Positions 12,275 through 26,298 of a stretch of DNA of 64,000 bases are shown piece after piece; position 1 is the stretch's first letter; every line of letters starts with the position of its first letter. The stretch is taken from assembly GCA_010015805.1 (NCBI GenBank), contig ML978133.1, forward strand, positions 682,001 through 746,000, given 5' to 3'. Both the position numbers and the translations under genes were made by a program. The notes below the pieces were generated by a model. That model searched no databases. It was given only the letters and a program-made list of their open reading frames with translations, and was not told where the DNA came from. Origin of the DNA: Rhizodiscina lignyota (taxonomy: Eukaryota).

Positions 12275-15200
12275 AATGGGTGTTGGATTGTGAATCCCGT
12301 ACGACTGGCTCGGGCTGGCTGGCTTGCAATTCCGTGTTTTATTCATGGAATCATGGCGTGCGTGCAGCATATTTCGGTTGTCGGGTCTTCTGTGTACCCA
12401 TTAGAAGAAGCAAAGCACAAAAGTTTGGGGGCACGTACCGTGGGCAATGCCCAGAATTCCGCGCTGCATTTCCAATCCGGCCGAACCCACGAACCCGTTC
12501 ACTTGGTGAAGATGCATTTCGTCCGTCATGGTTATGGTTAGTAGAGAGCGAGCGTCGAGCGTGGAGACACGGGAACGCATAGGAAGGATCGCGATGCTTG
12601 GTGTCGATAACGCGCGGCTTGCGTGGTGGCTGCTCTCGTCACCGTTGAAGCGTTGGTAACAAAAACGCCGCAGACGCTCGCTCCCGCTGAAGTGGCTTTC
12701 GGAAGCGTTGTGGCAGCACCTCAACCTCCTCGTCGGGCTCAGAAGGATTTCATGCCTTGACGGAAGGACACGCTACCCTGCGAATGATCCCCCATTCTCC
12801 TTTCCTATCTCCCCGAGTCCGTGTGCTCAGTGTATCCAGGGCGAGCAAGGCCAGAGAACAAGGCACAATATCAATGCAAACGGGCACTGTTTTGGAAACG
12901 AGTCGCAATGTCGGTTGTTCACAGTCGTTTCTTCTTCGAACATGACGACTGGCCATGGCAGCCAATGGAACGCTCATTCCGGCAGTTAGCTTTTCTGTGC
13001 TCCCTCCTTGTAAGGCGTGTTTGATACGGCAGAGAAGGGCCAGCGCGTTTCAGGTACCACTTCATCAAAGAGAAGTCTATTGTTGGATACATGTATGCTC
13101 CTTGGCAATCTCGAAGCAATTCCAATTTGTCGCGATGCACAATATCAGACCACATAAGGCACAAAGTAAACAAACCTCAGGCGTCCAAAAACATGCTCAG
13201 GAATACGGAAGCGCTTCTTTCCTTTGATGAGCTTGTTGCAGGTTGGGCTGAATGGTCGGGCGAAGCACGTCACAGCTTGATGTTCCAAATGATTTCCCAT
13301 CTCGCTTGCCTCCCCCAACGCGGCATTGGGCGGTTTATCGAGGGTTCGACGCTGGGGGCGAGAATTTGAGTTTCTGTTCCCGTGAGCTGCAGCCGCCTGC
13401 AACGGCCGCAAAGTGATGTTCACGTGTCAACTTCCTCTTCAGGGGGACCTAAAGCAGAAGGTCCCTTGTTTGCGAGGGGCCAGGTGCAAAAAGCCCTCGC
13501 AAGCCAGGGAGATGGCCAACGGGTGCGGACAGCCGACGGCGGTTCGACAGCCGATGCCTCTGCGCTGCGCGCCCTCGCGAAACCGAAAGCTATCGCGACG
13601 ATTCCGCGAAGTCCGTGAGGGGGGCGCACTGGAATTGATGGCAAAGCTGAGCAAACCAACAGCTGCTAACATCGCAGAGCCGTAATTGGGGCATGTTAAA
13701 GGCAAATGTGAAGTCTGCTCAAGGTGCTGAGTAGCGACATATGGAACACTTACGGCAATCCTCACTCGGGCCGAACGACGGCGATTTGGGGGCGATTGGC
13801 CTGCCGCTGACCTCCTTCGGCGTCTTGCCCAACCGGCCGAGCGACGTGCCAGGAACGCCCAGGACCGCACATGGGGGCCGCTGTCCGACTGCCGCAAGCA
13901 TGCCGCAAGAAGCAAACGCGCAGCAAGAGGATATTCCCGAGCCAATGACTCGCGCCCTCCCGCTGCCAAACGCGGCAACGCATACCGGATATTCCGAATC
14001 AGGGCGTACAGCTCGCGCGAGCGAATGAGCGCGAGGCAAGCATGGGGGCGAGCTCGACTCGAGTCAATTCGGAAAACTTCATTTGGGCCATAGCATTTGG
14101 CGCTATTGTGTAGAGAGCCATGGGCTCCATTTCCAGAGGCACAATGTAACCCAAGAGCGATTCCGAGCATTGCCCGCGGTCGTGTCAAGCCAACAGATTG
14201 CGATATTCTCTCGCGGCACATGAGGAATTGCAGGAGCATCCCTGGGCGCGTGTTCTGTCTAGTCTTGGAGGCTTGGAGCATGCTTGGGAATCTTGAGAAA
14301 GGCCGGCAGTCCAGACTTCGAGAGCTCGAGACCCATGGTCACCGGTGGGCGTGATTCTGCCCTACGAGAGAGTTGCGCCCCTGGCATGGCAGCAGCTGTT
14401 CTGGTCATATGGGCATATCCCTATCGAGCTCCCCGAGGCGGCAGCGAGATGTTCGCGCGATACGTGCTGGATGCGGCAGTCTCCACGAACGAGAGACCGC
14501 ATAACGGACCCCAAAAGCTCCGTCTCCAGATTTGTGGCCAAATTTCAGTTGCGGTGGCTGCGCGAAGGGAAGCTTGCCAACGCTGAAATGATAGTCGGCT
14601 GGGTAAAATCAAAGGGTTGCAAAGCACAGCGAGAGCGAAAAACTGCGCAGCTATAGGCAGTAAAACACGGCGCAGATCACTGGGGTACAAGGTTACTTGG
14701 CCCCGGCCTGCTAGCCTGCAGTCCTAGCAACTGGATGATTGTTGTTCCTCCCCAAACACTGGCAATACAACAGGTGCTTGCGCACAGAGCACGCCAGACA
14801 GAGGCTGGTACTCGGCCTAGGGGCAATAGTATCGTCGATCGATCAGTGCGGTGGTGGTCATAGCCCGACTTCCGCGGTCCTGTTGTTCCTGTACGGAAAG
14901 GGTTAGACCGGATCGAACCTCTTCCAAATACTTGTGCGCCTAGTATGTCGTAGTGCCCGCCCACGCGCATGAAGTGCGAGCCAGTCAATCATTTGATTAG
15001 AAGTCAACGGGGAAGGTTGGCCGAGGCAGAATATGCTGTGTAACGCTCTGGGAATAACAGCCCTACGGAGTACATGAGCTGTGGCATGCGTGCTGATTTG
15101 CAAGCACTATTCAGGAATAGACACGCTCGAAATAATCAGCAAAGGCTCCATCTATCCAGATGGTCGTGATGAATAACGCCCGATTGATGTGCTGTAGGGC

Positions 15201-18200
15201 AGAGCCTAAGGGCCCCTGGCCCCTCTCTAGCATTAATGAGGAAATACAATCCTCACTGCCGTGCAAGACAGCAGGTCGCAGGTCAGAACTTTAACATGCG
15301 CTACTTGGGGAAGGGAGGTCTAACGGCCTGTGGGCGATCGTTGATAGGCACGAGCGTCGACGCAGGGGGTGCGGAATGGCGAAAGCTACAATGCTGTTAG
15401 ACAACGGTCGAGGATATAGTGGCCAAGTCATATAGGGCGGCGGAGGCGGAGAGCGTGGGTGTAGCGGAGGTATGAAGCCGAGCAGTTACAAAGCGTAGAG
15501 GTGTAGGTGATTAAGTTCGTGAAGGATCTGAATGCTTCTATGGAAACGCGCTAGAAGGCGCCACAGAGCTCCTCCTGAGACTTGAAACTCGTCGCAAATG
15601 CAAGCCGGCGCGATTGCGTGCAGAGCTCAGAATCCTGCGAGCAAACGGCCGAGCACAGGATCGGTGTGGCAGCGCGTCAATCAACGGCGGCGGTCGGCGA
15701 GAGCAGCGATCAGGACGCCGAAGACGTTCCGCGGATTGCGTGTGTACGGTAAGTGGATGGGCATGCAAGCCGACAACGGAGCGCATCTTTCCAATTCGTG
15801 GGTTGCGCGAGCCTGGCGCACTCCCCTGCTGGTAAATTCCCGATGATCAGGAACCACTCCTCTGGGCTGGCACTATGCCGCGCTGGGCTGGGAGCGACAG
15901 TGAGCCAGAGGGAGGGGAAGGAGGCTCGAGAGGCACCGGGGAGAAAGTGGCCTTACACGCAGAGCAAGGCATCACAGAGCAGGACCCTGATGCCGGGGTA
16001 GATTGAAACTCCAGCTAAGCGACGTCCAGGGTCCCCTAAGCAGCAATCAGTGTCGCTGCTTTTTCAAGCGCAGCACGGGCGCGACAGGGGGCCGACCACG
16101 TCGGTGGCCGAAAATCGTGCCTCGACTGAGCACCGCACCCATTTGCGGCGGAGAGGCCTCCAGAGTCGCAAGTGAAGGTTGTTCGCAACGTAAGATGCAT
16201 TCCGACGTCGTCCTGACCGTTGGGCCGCCGAAGGGAGGAGCCGCTCCACCCGTTAGCGGGAGAGTCTTTCGAGTTCGGTGGCGTGACAGGGATGTGAGAT
16301 CCATGGCGCCCTTGGAAGATGGTAGGGCTGAGAACCGTTTTCCAGCACCCTCTAGCTTGGGACTAAGGCCTTAGGGAACGCCCCGGTCCCACGTACGGAG
16401 CGTCATCTTTGTAAGGGCTGGGGTCCAAATAAGCTATTTTCAGACAACCATTCCTGTAAGGCTGCGCATCGGACGTGCGCATCGCTTGTAGGACCTGCGT
16501 GCAAGTCACGCATGCTATCTACCTATCCCAATCTGCTCGCTTTACGGGCGTACACTCCATCAGATAAGACAGTGATCTTTTTGGCTTGTTTATTCGCAGT
16601 GGCTTCGGTCTGGACCGATTGACCTTCGCTGCCGGCCCCATTGCTTGACTGCTTGACTGCACGCATCCGTTTGAAGGTATTGTTGCAATTTAGGAACGCG
16701 GCCACCGAGCCGTTTCGGCCCTTCTTGCTTTGATATGCAAAGGCGACTGCTGGAGGTGCCGATTCCATCTACCTTGGGGCAAGCATTGAAAGCTTCTTTT
16801 AGTCAGTGCATGGTTTGCAAGAGACGAAGGGATGTGCATTGTGCACTCGCTTGTTGTTCGGAGGAAATCAATTACTTCCTTCCCTGGGGACGGCGAGTGA
16901 TCTTCGGCATGGTATGCCATTTCATAGCGCACGGTACTCTATTGCGACAAATCTCCCCGGAGTCCTTGCAGGGCAGCAGGAGTGAGCTTTCAGGAACTCT
17001 GCATCAACAGTACACAGACTCCCAAGAACGGGATTGTCTCAGACGATTGGGGTCTCCCTGATTACTATCCAGAGCAGATCGACAGTGGAGCCCATGAAAT
17101 GATGTTGGAACTTTGAAATTTGCTATGCGGCCCTCACTTCATGGTAGCCTTACTACGGGAATGCTGCGGAAATGTACTTCACGGCCCTACACCAACTTCC
17201 CGAGTACTGTCAGGCCTGCTTGATATGGACATGAGCCTATTGGGTAGGGGCCATAGATATGCTGATCGTACGAGGATACGACTCCAAGGTACCATCCAGT
17301 GAACAGGCTGAACGACGGCCTCCCACAAAGGTTCTGACCCCCAGCTTCCCGTCGTCCAGAGCGTAGGGGAGCGAAGGGGCGATATTGAGCCTCTGGGGTT
17401 AAGGTCATAACTGGGGAGACCTTCACGGTCTCAGAAGTGGTTGGTACACACTTACCTGTGCTGCTCGTGCTGAACCACAGGGTTGATCGATAACTGGCAT
17501 AACAGCAGTCTAGAATTATCGAGGCCACGGACTCCAGAGAACGGCAGAGACTGGATTCGATCAATGCTCGCGATCGTATCATAATGTCTAAGCCGTGTGC
17601 AGACGGTAGAGCGGTCGGGCTCTCAATGAAGGCAAGGAACTTCGGTATCGGGACACTCTTCACACCAAGCGGCAATGATAGACGATCCAGTCCGCGGCAG
17701 TTGACAGCCTTGTGCATCGACCTTGCCGAGGATGGTATTGCTTGATATTTGCCAGGACCGTGTTGCTGCCTCAAGCCGAGAGGGAGCAATCTTGCCGTGC
17801 GGCCAGAACTCGGGCTTCCAGGGCCGGTGGTGATATTTTTGCCAGAAAGGGGCACCTCTATTTTCGCCATCATCTTTGTAAGTGTTTGAGGCATGAGCGT
17901 TACTGCTTTAGCGCCTGCCCCTTCTTCAGGATAATTGGAAACGCAACTTTGGAAACACACAAGCGATGGTTGCGATAGCGAAGCAGAGTCAATGCTACGA
18001 AATGCATATAGCACAATCTAAAAATATTGGAACGTTTGAAGTCGTCATGCCTAGGAGATGGTCATGTCGCTGGCCCGAGAAGCCACAGCCACACAGACCG
18101 AGCCGAGTGCACTCGTAGGGCGGTAGGGCGAGCGCGTACGTAGGGAGGCTATTCGGTTAACCGAAGATGTCTTGGGGGCCGATCACTACTCCAAGAGCGC

Positions 18201-21200
18201 CTAATATGGTGCGTTTCAAAGGCAAAAGGTGAGGCATAGTCTTGCAGCTGTCGAATGCATCTGGCCGACCACGACAGGTTCCTGGCGTCGGTTGAAGCCA
18301 TTCGAAGCCCTCTTGTTCATGCCATTTCCTTCCTCTGAACAACGGTAGCTGTTGCTTTGGAGGCAGGTCGGGGAAGTAGGTAGTGTGGAAGGGCTGAGCA
18401 AAGACATTTCGAAACAGGCCGCATGCGGCGTGACCTGCTGCGCATCTCGCAGAAGAGCAGCGGCATTGGTGGCATGCCGTCTGTCGCGTTTTCCCGTTAT
18501 GGAATCTGCAGATTTCCCGACCAGTTTTCTGGCTTGATTGGGCACTTCCCCGGTCCCGTGGAAATCTAATCATACCCGTCAAGCCGTGATGAGAATAAAC
18601 TCAGGACCAAGAATGCGGTCCGGTGGAAATGAGTGCCGCATTGGTGTTCATCTCGCTCGTACCAGAGCAGCCATGCGGCCTTGCGGGAGCCAGCATCCGC
18701 ACAAACAGGTGACGACGTCCCAATGAGTGCGGGAGAGAGGCAGCAGGGGTTTCAGAGCAGATTGACGAGTCGAAAGAGCCGAGTCAGCGAGACTGCCGTT
18801 CCTCGCTCGTGCCCCTGGTTGAATGAGTCGGACGGCCCGAGCGCCATACCTACCTTCTGAGCGGCGTCGATGAGTACCAGAAGTGCAAATCGTAAGTTAG
18901 TGCGGATGGCCGTCCGAGCTTGTGATGCGCCGAATGCGTTTGCCATCTTCGTCGCGTCTTCGGGTAAATGTCGCCATGAAACAAGGCAGGAAATAGGAGC
19001 TTCTGCAGACCAAGAGGCACGCGAGCCTGAAACAGATATTGCTGCTCGCAGGAAATGCGCCACACAGATCGTGTGCAGCGGCTGCGGCTGTCTTGGTTCA
19101 CTGCTCTTGTCCAGCGCTCCTACACGCAAATGGCGGCCGCCTCTCGGTGCTCCCGCTGCGGGAGAGCTTACAGCATGGAGTCGTTCTAGAATCCACGGGA
19201 GAAGCTGGGATGGCGTCGCCGCACACCGACCACACGGGGAGGGACCTAAGTGATTTGAGTGCTGACGACGTTGTTGGCTGCTTTGCGGCTGCAACGCTGG
19301 TGGTTGGTGAAATGGCGTGGGCGAGGGGCAAGCAGGCCTCTTAGCCTGTAGGGCTGAAGGGCGTGCGGGAAGGAAGACAGTGTCAGACGCTTATTGCGAA
19401 TAGCATTTCGTGGCATTTCGCCGCTGCGCGCAATGGTTGGTGCCCGCGACGGCGCAGGGAGCACGGTGGTTGGTGGAGGGAGGTTTGTTTGGGAGGATTG
19501 GAGAGAAGAATGGCAGCAGAGGTATATTTAGAGATTCTGACCAAGCAGCAGGCCGCTGGGATGGGCCTGCCTGCCGACGTAGCGCGGCAGGGGGCCCGAC
19601 GCTGATCCATGGCCTAGCGACGGCCTAACGAGGCGCCCGCCAAACGGCCAGCTCGGATCTTCACCGAGTCGCCAGCAGAGGCAGCACGAGCTGCTTCGTC
19701 GTGACACGCGGAAGCTTGCACTCACCTCCACACACGCCCTCACTCCTCACACGCCAGGCCACGCGTATCGCATCGTCCGTTTTGTCCCGCTTGGACTCTC
19801 CCCTGCCCTCGTCTTTACCGCTCTCTCGCCCGCCCAGCACACCTTATTCCCATGCTACGCCCAGTGAGCGTCGTCGAAAGAGCGGTTAAGAGCAGTGACA
19901 TGAGTACCAGCCCATCCCCTGCCGCTTGTTGCCCAAAACGCTCGAGCCTCTGCTTCTGGCTGCCGATTGAGTATAGCATGGCATGATTTGCGGTAAACGA
20001 AGGGGCATCGCAATGAAAATTGGAAAAGTGTGGAAGCAAGCAGCCCCATCAGGCATACGCGTGCCTACTTTGTCGCCCCATCGAGCTGCTCTCTATGCGC
20101 GTGAATGCAGGTGCAATGAATATGCTACTTGCTTCACGTCGAGCAGCCAGTGCCCCTTCGGCGACGTGCGGATGCCAGGTTGGTGACGATGTCGCGCGTC
20201 GTAGCGGAGGGAACTGAGCAGCGCGGCGTTCAGCGAGTGCCTTGCCCGTCCGAATGTTTGAGCGTATTCTCGCCGTGCTGGCGTGCAGAGGCGTACGAAC
20301 AATTTCGTGCGTTGCTATTTTCTGCATACCAAAGGCGAAAGCGAGGCCCAAGACCCAAGGCTAATCTGCAATTCCGGGCGAGTGAGGTGGTGGATGAGAA
20401 AGCACTCACACGCCCTTCCACGCCTCGGCGATGGGCCGGGAAACACAAGACGGAAACAACCAAGCACGCCGATTGCACGCGGAATTGCATCCTAAGCATT
20501 GTAGTCGAAAGCGAAAGGTGAGCGAGCGAGCGTAGCAGGTTCGTGCCAATTCCAGCACGCGTGTGGATACGACGTCCTTGACCGCCAGCAGAACAGTAAT
20601 TGTCATCACCAGCACACAGCCCTGCCATTCTTGGAGGCACGTTTGGGCGGGCGAGAGGGTGTGGCTGGGCGCGGCTTGACGTAGGCCTGCGTTTAGAAGC
20701 GTGCAGCGAATTTGCAGAGAACGCCAGGAAGAACGGCCCCGGCGCGTGCCCCAAAACGGAACATGGCCTCCTGCAGCCTTGTCGGTGCGGGCATAGCGCG
20801 CTGCCAAATTTACGGGCAGCACAGAATCCTAATCCTGGACACTCGCAGCGCGCCTACAGGGAGCATCCCCGTCGCAGAGCGTTGCTGCTTTTAGTGCGCG
20901 AGTGCAGGGTTGCATCAGACACGACTCCTTGCGAGCCCCAAATCTGGCAGGGCTGCTGCTTAACTCCAACGGTCAACCCAAATGTCCGGAATGCCATGGC
21001 GGTCGCAGGGCCCTGCCTACGCCAGATACCTTTCCCTAGCCCCCCGGGGTCCATGCCACCCCGGGCGACGGCTGGAATAACCAATCCATATGTTCGAGAT
21101 GCCCTGCCGAGTCGTTATGGATCCGACAGAGGGCTGATAAATATGAATGCCACTCCCTCCCCGACACTCTGATATCCCATCTGCAGACGAGCCTCCAAGC

Positions 21201-21296
21201 ACTCATCTATATCTATACCGCACATCTCCCCCATCCTCCATCATCTCTTCACCCCAACTCACCTTCACCAAGACAAGTCACACAACATCCTCTTCA

Positions 21297-22303
21297 ATGT
21301 TAAGACACGCCACCTACCCATATCCCCAGATGGCCCCCACTACCCACAGGTACTCGGGGACCAGCAGTGCCTTCAGCGCATCTGCGAACCCCAACGAGGA
21401 CTGGACGAAGATCTCCGACCTCGCTGAGAGAAGGAGAATACAGAACCGCATTGCCCAGCGCAACTACCGTATGTTCCCCGCATTTCGGACGCTTCGGCCG
21501 AATTGCAGCTAACACGCACTCCAGGCAAGAAGCTCAAGAAGAGACTCGAAGACCTCGAGCGCAGGGCAGCTTCCAACTCGGCATCTCCGGAGCAGCGACC
21601 AGCAGAGCTAGAGCGATCAAAGTCTCAGCATGGCGAGGAATACAGGGCAACGGTGTCTCCGGAGCAGAAGAAGCAAACCACAGAGCAGAGCAGGAGGACC
21701 AACTCAGTATCTCAAGTCAGCCAGCAGCAGCCGCAATACTACACTGCTACGCACGACGACCGGGGCATGTTCAGCCATCAATATACGAGGCAACTCTCAA
21801 CTTCTCCCCCACCATTCTCTTACTCTGGCTATCCCTCGGAGACTGTCACATACGCACCGTACTCGCATTCGTCATACGGCCCAATCTCCAGCGCACCGTC
21901 AGAACTGCCAATGTTCACACCTTACCTGCCGCCTCTCGCCCACTCCAACACCTACCCAGCTGCGCTTCCGAGTGTCATGTACCCGGCAGCAGCAGCAAAG
22001 CAGGAGTTCTACCCAGAGGACGAGATGAGCCCATTCTCAATGTCATACGCCAGCATGGCCGGCATTGACATCCCTCAAGCACAATCATACCACGACAACC
22101 ACAACGCTCAGGTAAGCTTCACTTTCTAGAATGATTTAAATTGCAACATTCTGATTCGTCTTCAGTTGCTAACGCAACCGGCATAGACTCCACCACTCTC
22201 CGAGTCATTTGAGCAATCAACCGCTGGTTCACCACCCGAAACGGCCAACTTTCCGGCGACGCCTGCGTCGATGCCCGGTACACCTCCGCTGCATCTGATG
22301 TAA
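21297..22303 (+). CDS. bZIP transcription factor, ADA-1-like; introns 21469-21524 and 22112-22186
   Basis: SSAFSASANPNEDWTKISDLAERRRIQNRIAQRNYR|KKLKKRLEDLERR basic region and zipper, and a C-terminal MSPFSMSYASMAGID motif. The ada-1 assignment is from memory of the family. Confidence 0.88.
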
Positions 22304-23842
22304 CGGCCGCAGGTACATTCAAATTGTACACCTTCTCCACTTAGCTTTCGCAAAAGCTTTCAGACTTCAGATACCAGCGATTCATGTACGGAGCATTATA
22401 CACCCTTCCAATGCGGTCGCTCCCGCCTGTTGTTTTTGTTTTGCAATGTTCCAATTGTTTTTAACTGTACGACGTCATGCATTCGCTTGATCACAAAGCA
22501 TTAGCGCATCGAGCACTCTGGAATTTCAAGGTGGACTTGAAGCTCTGCGCTTGGCGCATGGGGGGGAACAAACGGCGTTTAGAACCTTTCTGGCATGTTG
22601 CCCGGCGGACTGCGGCAGCGACGCCCTGCAGGGTGGGCATTTGTGATTAGCATTATAGGCCATCTGAACAAACACGTATGCGTTCTAATCTGAACTCCGA
22701 TCTTATTTCCTGATCTAATGCCTGGTGAGAGCTGTTCCCTCCAGCCTTGATGTTTCGTTCTCTCTACTCTGCAGGACGCCCTTTTCATGGGGCCTCGCCA
22801 GCTGCTCTGGGGCGGGCTGCACACCATTGCCGCTTTTCGGGTTAATGCGTTTAGTTCGCAAAACGGCCCAAAGAGGCGGGGACTTTGAGGACACACCTGC
22901 CACGGCGACTTCACTTTAACCGGGGACTTGCGATCAAGCTGAACTGCTGCGACAATAGCCTACCCAACCACGCTCCATGCCTATTTGCTGCTTGCTTTAG
23001 CTAGTGACGGACGATTTACAGCTGGAAAGGCTCCTTGCGCATATTCTCCTTCAGTCCTAAAATGCGCTGTAACCTTCAACTGGGGTGCTTTTCCTAAATT
23101 CCTACGTGATATTTGCTTCTGCAAGGGGAAACGACCTGGTGGCCTTGTTCGGATGTACCGAGGCGCAGGTTCCTACCGTGACTGTACTTGGCCTGAGTAC
23201 CTCTGGCACACATGCGAGATTTGGAAGCTCTTGTGGCGCTCGTCAACATGTCCACCCACCACTCACCACACTTCACGCTTTCCCATCGCCGCGTCACACG
23301 CGGAGTATACGAGCAGCGCATGCGCAAGTGCGGCGGACTCTGGTCGACCGTGGCCGCCGCCACCACCGGGCCTAACGACGAAGTACAAGGGCGGAGAGGA
23401 GTACATGCGGAGAGTGCGAGGAAGTCTTCTTCTCATTGGGATATTGCCTAGCGCAGACCTAAGCCCTACCATCGGCCACTATTCCAAGCACAGATTGGCA
23501 TCGAACGAAATGTTGGAGTCGGCATGAAGGGCGCACTGCATGGCTGGATCGCAGTTATTCCCGCGAACGAGATCGCACGCTTTAATCTCATACGCCGCGC
23601 ATCACGTGGAGTTCTGCTCGTTTGCGGCTAGCGCTCGCTTGAGGCTGGGTTACTCAGCACGACGGCGCAGCTGCAGCTGCAACCACTTCCAACCCAAGAC
23701 GCGCCCTACCTCCCCGTCGGACGCGTTCCAGAACACGTGCAAAGCAACGTCCTTAGAAATCACAAATTCTCTTGCTTCCACCTGCCAAAAGCGAGCGCAC
23801 TTCCAAAGCATCAGTCACAGCCGCTGTGGCTGGAGGCTCCAG

Positions 23843-26298
23843 ATGGCGCCCGCGCGGAAAAGGAGCAGGCTCGAAAAGGCGAAACACTTCCTCAAGGGGG
23901 GCGGTGTGATTCGCGACGATTCTGACGACGAGTTGGGCGATGTCGACCACCCTTGGCAGTGGATCTTCGCAGAAAAGACCGCAAATAGTGGCGACAAGAG
24001 CTTGGACAACAATGCGTCGACATCACGAAAGCGAAAGGCCTCAGCAGCGGGGCAAAATGAGAAGCTCATTGTGGGCGCCCAGATGGGCTCGTTCAAGTGC
24101 AGGATCGGCGATGCGGTTCTCCTGAAAGCGGAGGGAAATGAGGCCTGGGTGGGCCTGATATGCGACCTTTTCGATGGCGAGGACGGCGAGAAGATGGCGA
24201 ATTTCATGTGGTTCTCCACTCCCAAGGAGATACGAAATAAGATTAAGAAAAGGACCGATGTGATGGAGGTGTGTACCCGAAAGCATCGTTTCGTCTTGCC
24301 CACCCATGGAACTAACCGTTGGAACAGAATGAGCTCTATCTCACACCGTCGTGGGACGATAATCCGTTGACAACAGTCAACGGAAAAGCAGCTGTCGTCT
24401 CACCCACAGCATTCGCAAAGCGCCACCCCAGTGGCAGGGTACCGCGTACCTCAAAGGACTTTGGCAAGATATTCGTATGCAGGCGGGGCTGCAACACCCG
24501 CACAGCCACTTATACTGAAGAATTCGTCTGGGAGGACCTCTATGGGGGCGAAACGGATATCCCGGCATTAATTCAACTGGTTAAATCACAGACAAAGGCA
24601 ACCCGAAAGCGCTCCGGGAAGGGTGCCCCGCCTGACAGAGATACCGAAGAATACATAGCGGCTGACGAAGAAGATGACGGCGTGCCGAAGACACCAAAGA
24701 AACGCCGCAGGCTCAACGACGCCGCGACCACGCCGACTCCGCAACGCGCAAAGTTGACGCCAAAGAAGTTTCTCACACCGACGTCGAAGAGGATAGTGAT
24801 CAAGAAACCGCTCGAATTCACTCCCCTCGGAACCCGCATTCTGTCCCCTTCTGTGCTGTCATCCCCTTTCCAGCTCGCTCGGAATCAGCTTCATGTTTCC
24901 GCAGTTCCAGCATCCCTTCCCTGTCGGGAAGATGAATTCTCGGAAGTTTACTCTGTGCTCGAGAAGGCCATCACCGATGGCAGTGGATCGTGCATCTACA
25001 TTGCTGGCACGCCGGGCACCGGCAAGACTGCCACCGTGCGAGAAGTCGTCGCGCAGCTCAATGCGTCGGTGCTGGAGGAGGAGCTTGACGACTTCATCTT
25101 CGTCGAGATCAACGGTATGAAGGTCACTGATCCGCACCAGTCATACTCGCTCTTATGGGAAGCGTTGCGAGGTGATCGAGTCAGTCCCTCGCACGCTCTT
25201 GAGCTGCTTGATCGAGAGTTCTCCGCTCCGAGCCCGCGACGCGTGCCGTGCGTGGTGTTGATGGACGAGCTCGACCAGCTCGTCACCAAGAACCAGAGTG
25301 TCATGTACAACTTCTTCAACTGGCCTGGCTTACGCCATAGCCGGTTGATCGTGCTTGCAGTGGCTAATACTATGGACTTGCCCGAGCGGACGCTGAGCAA
25401 CAAGATTAGTAGCCGTCTCGGTTTGCACAGGATCACGTTTAGAGGGTACACTCACGATCAGCTCATGCAAATCATCCAGTCGCGCCTTGAGAATGTGCCT
25501 GGTAACATTGTGCATCCAGATGCTGTACAGTTTGCGTCGCGCAAGGTTGCCGCCGTGAGTGGTGATGCACGTCGCGCACTTGACATATGTCGTCGAGCGG
25601 TGGAGATTGCGGAGACGGAGGCTCTTGATGCTAATACCAATTCTACTAATGAAGATGATGCCCCACTGCCTGACACGCCCAGCAGGACTGGCCGAGGTTC
25701 CAAAGCATCTAAAGGGACAAACTCCAATGCTGGCGCAGAGTCGACATTGCAGAAGAAGGCGGCACTGGCCCCCAAACCGGGAATTGTTACAATCGCCACC
25801 ATCAAACGTGCCATCGCAGAAGCAACGTCCAGCCCGCTGCAGCAATATCTTCGATCCCTACCCCTTGCTTCGAAACTCTTCCTCGCTGCGTTGCTTGCGC
25901 GAATACGAAGGACAGGCATCGCGGAGGCTGTGCTGGGCGACGTCGCCGACGAAGCCAAGAGACTTGGCACCATGAGCCAACTCAAAGACGTCAAAGACTC
26001 TCTCCTCGTCGAAGAAGCATGGGACAGCCTTGGGGCGAGCAGGACGACGCTGGCAGAACTGAACAGCAGCGCTGTAAATGTCGCCGGCGCTACGAGGGCC
26101 CATGGAGCAGCTGGGGATAAGGTCGCCCGGGTCTTGGGTATGAATTCCGCCGCAGCTGGCCTGCTGGAGGCCGGCCTGATAGGGATGGAGTCACGCCGCG
26201 GGGAGAGGGTGGGCCGTATTCAATTGACCGTAGGCACGGAAGAGGTCTTGCTGGCATTGAGGGACGACGACAGCGTCAAGGGCTTGGGGTTCGCATAG
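23843..26298 (+). CDS. ORC1: Origin recognition complex subunit 1 (BAH + AAA+); intron about 24269-24328
   Basis: BAH domain (IGDAVLL..FMWF..NELYLT); LPCREDEF; Walker A GTPGTGKT; Walker B VLMDELD; VANTMDLPER; SGDARRALDICRRA. Confidence 0.95.

Noticed and set aside
13439..14281. 280-aa minus-strand ORF
   Set aside because: Arg/Ala-rich composition typical of random GC-rich frames, with no motif.
14899..14906. CTAACCCT on the minus strand as a possible telomerase-RNA template, with a U-rich tract near 14640
   Set aside because: An 8-mer is expected by chance in 64 kb, and I could not find the pseudoknot partner, CR4/5 or Sm/3' cleavage signals. A covariance-model search is needed.
16363..16374. 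12-bp palindrome CTAAGGCCTTAG (also GATTAATTAATC at 60788)
   Set aside because: Several palindromes of this length are expected by chance in 64 kb.
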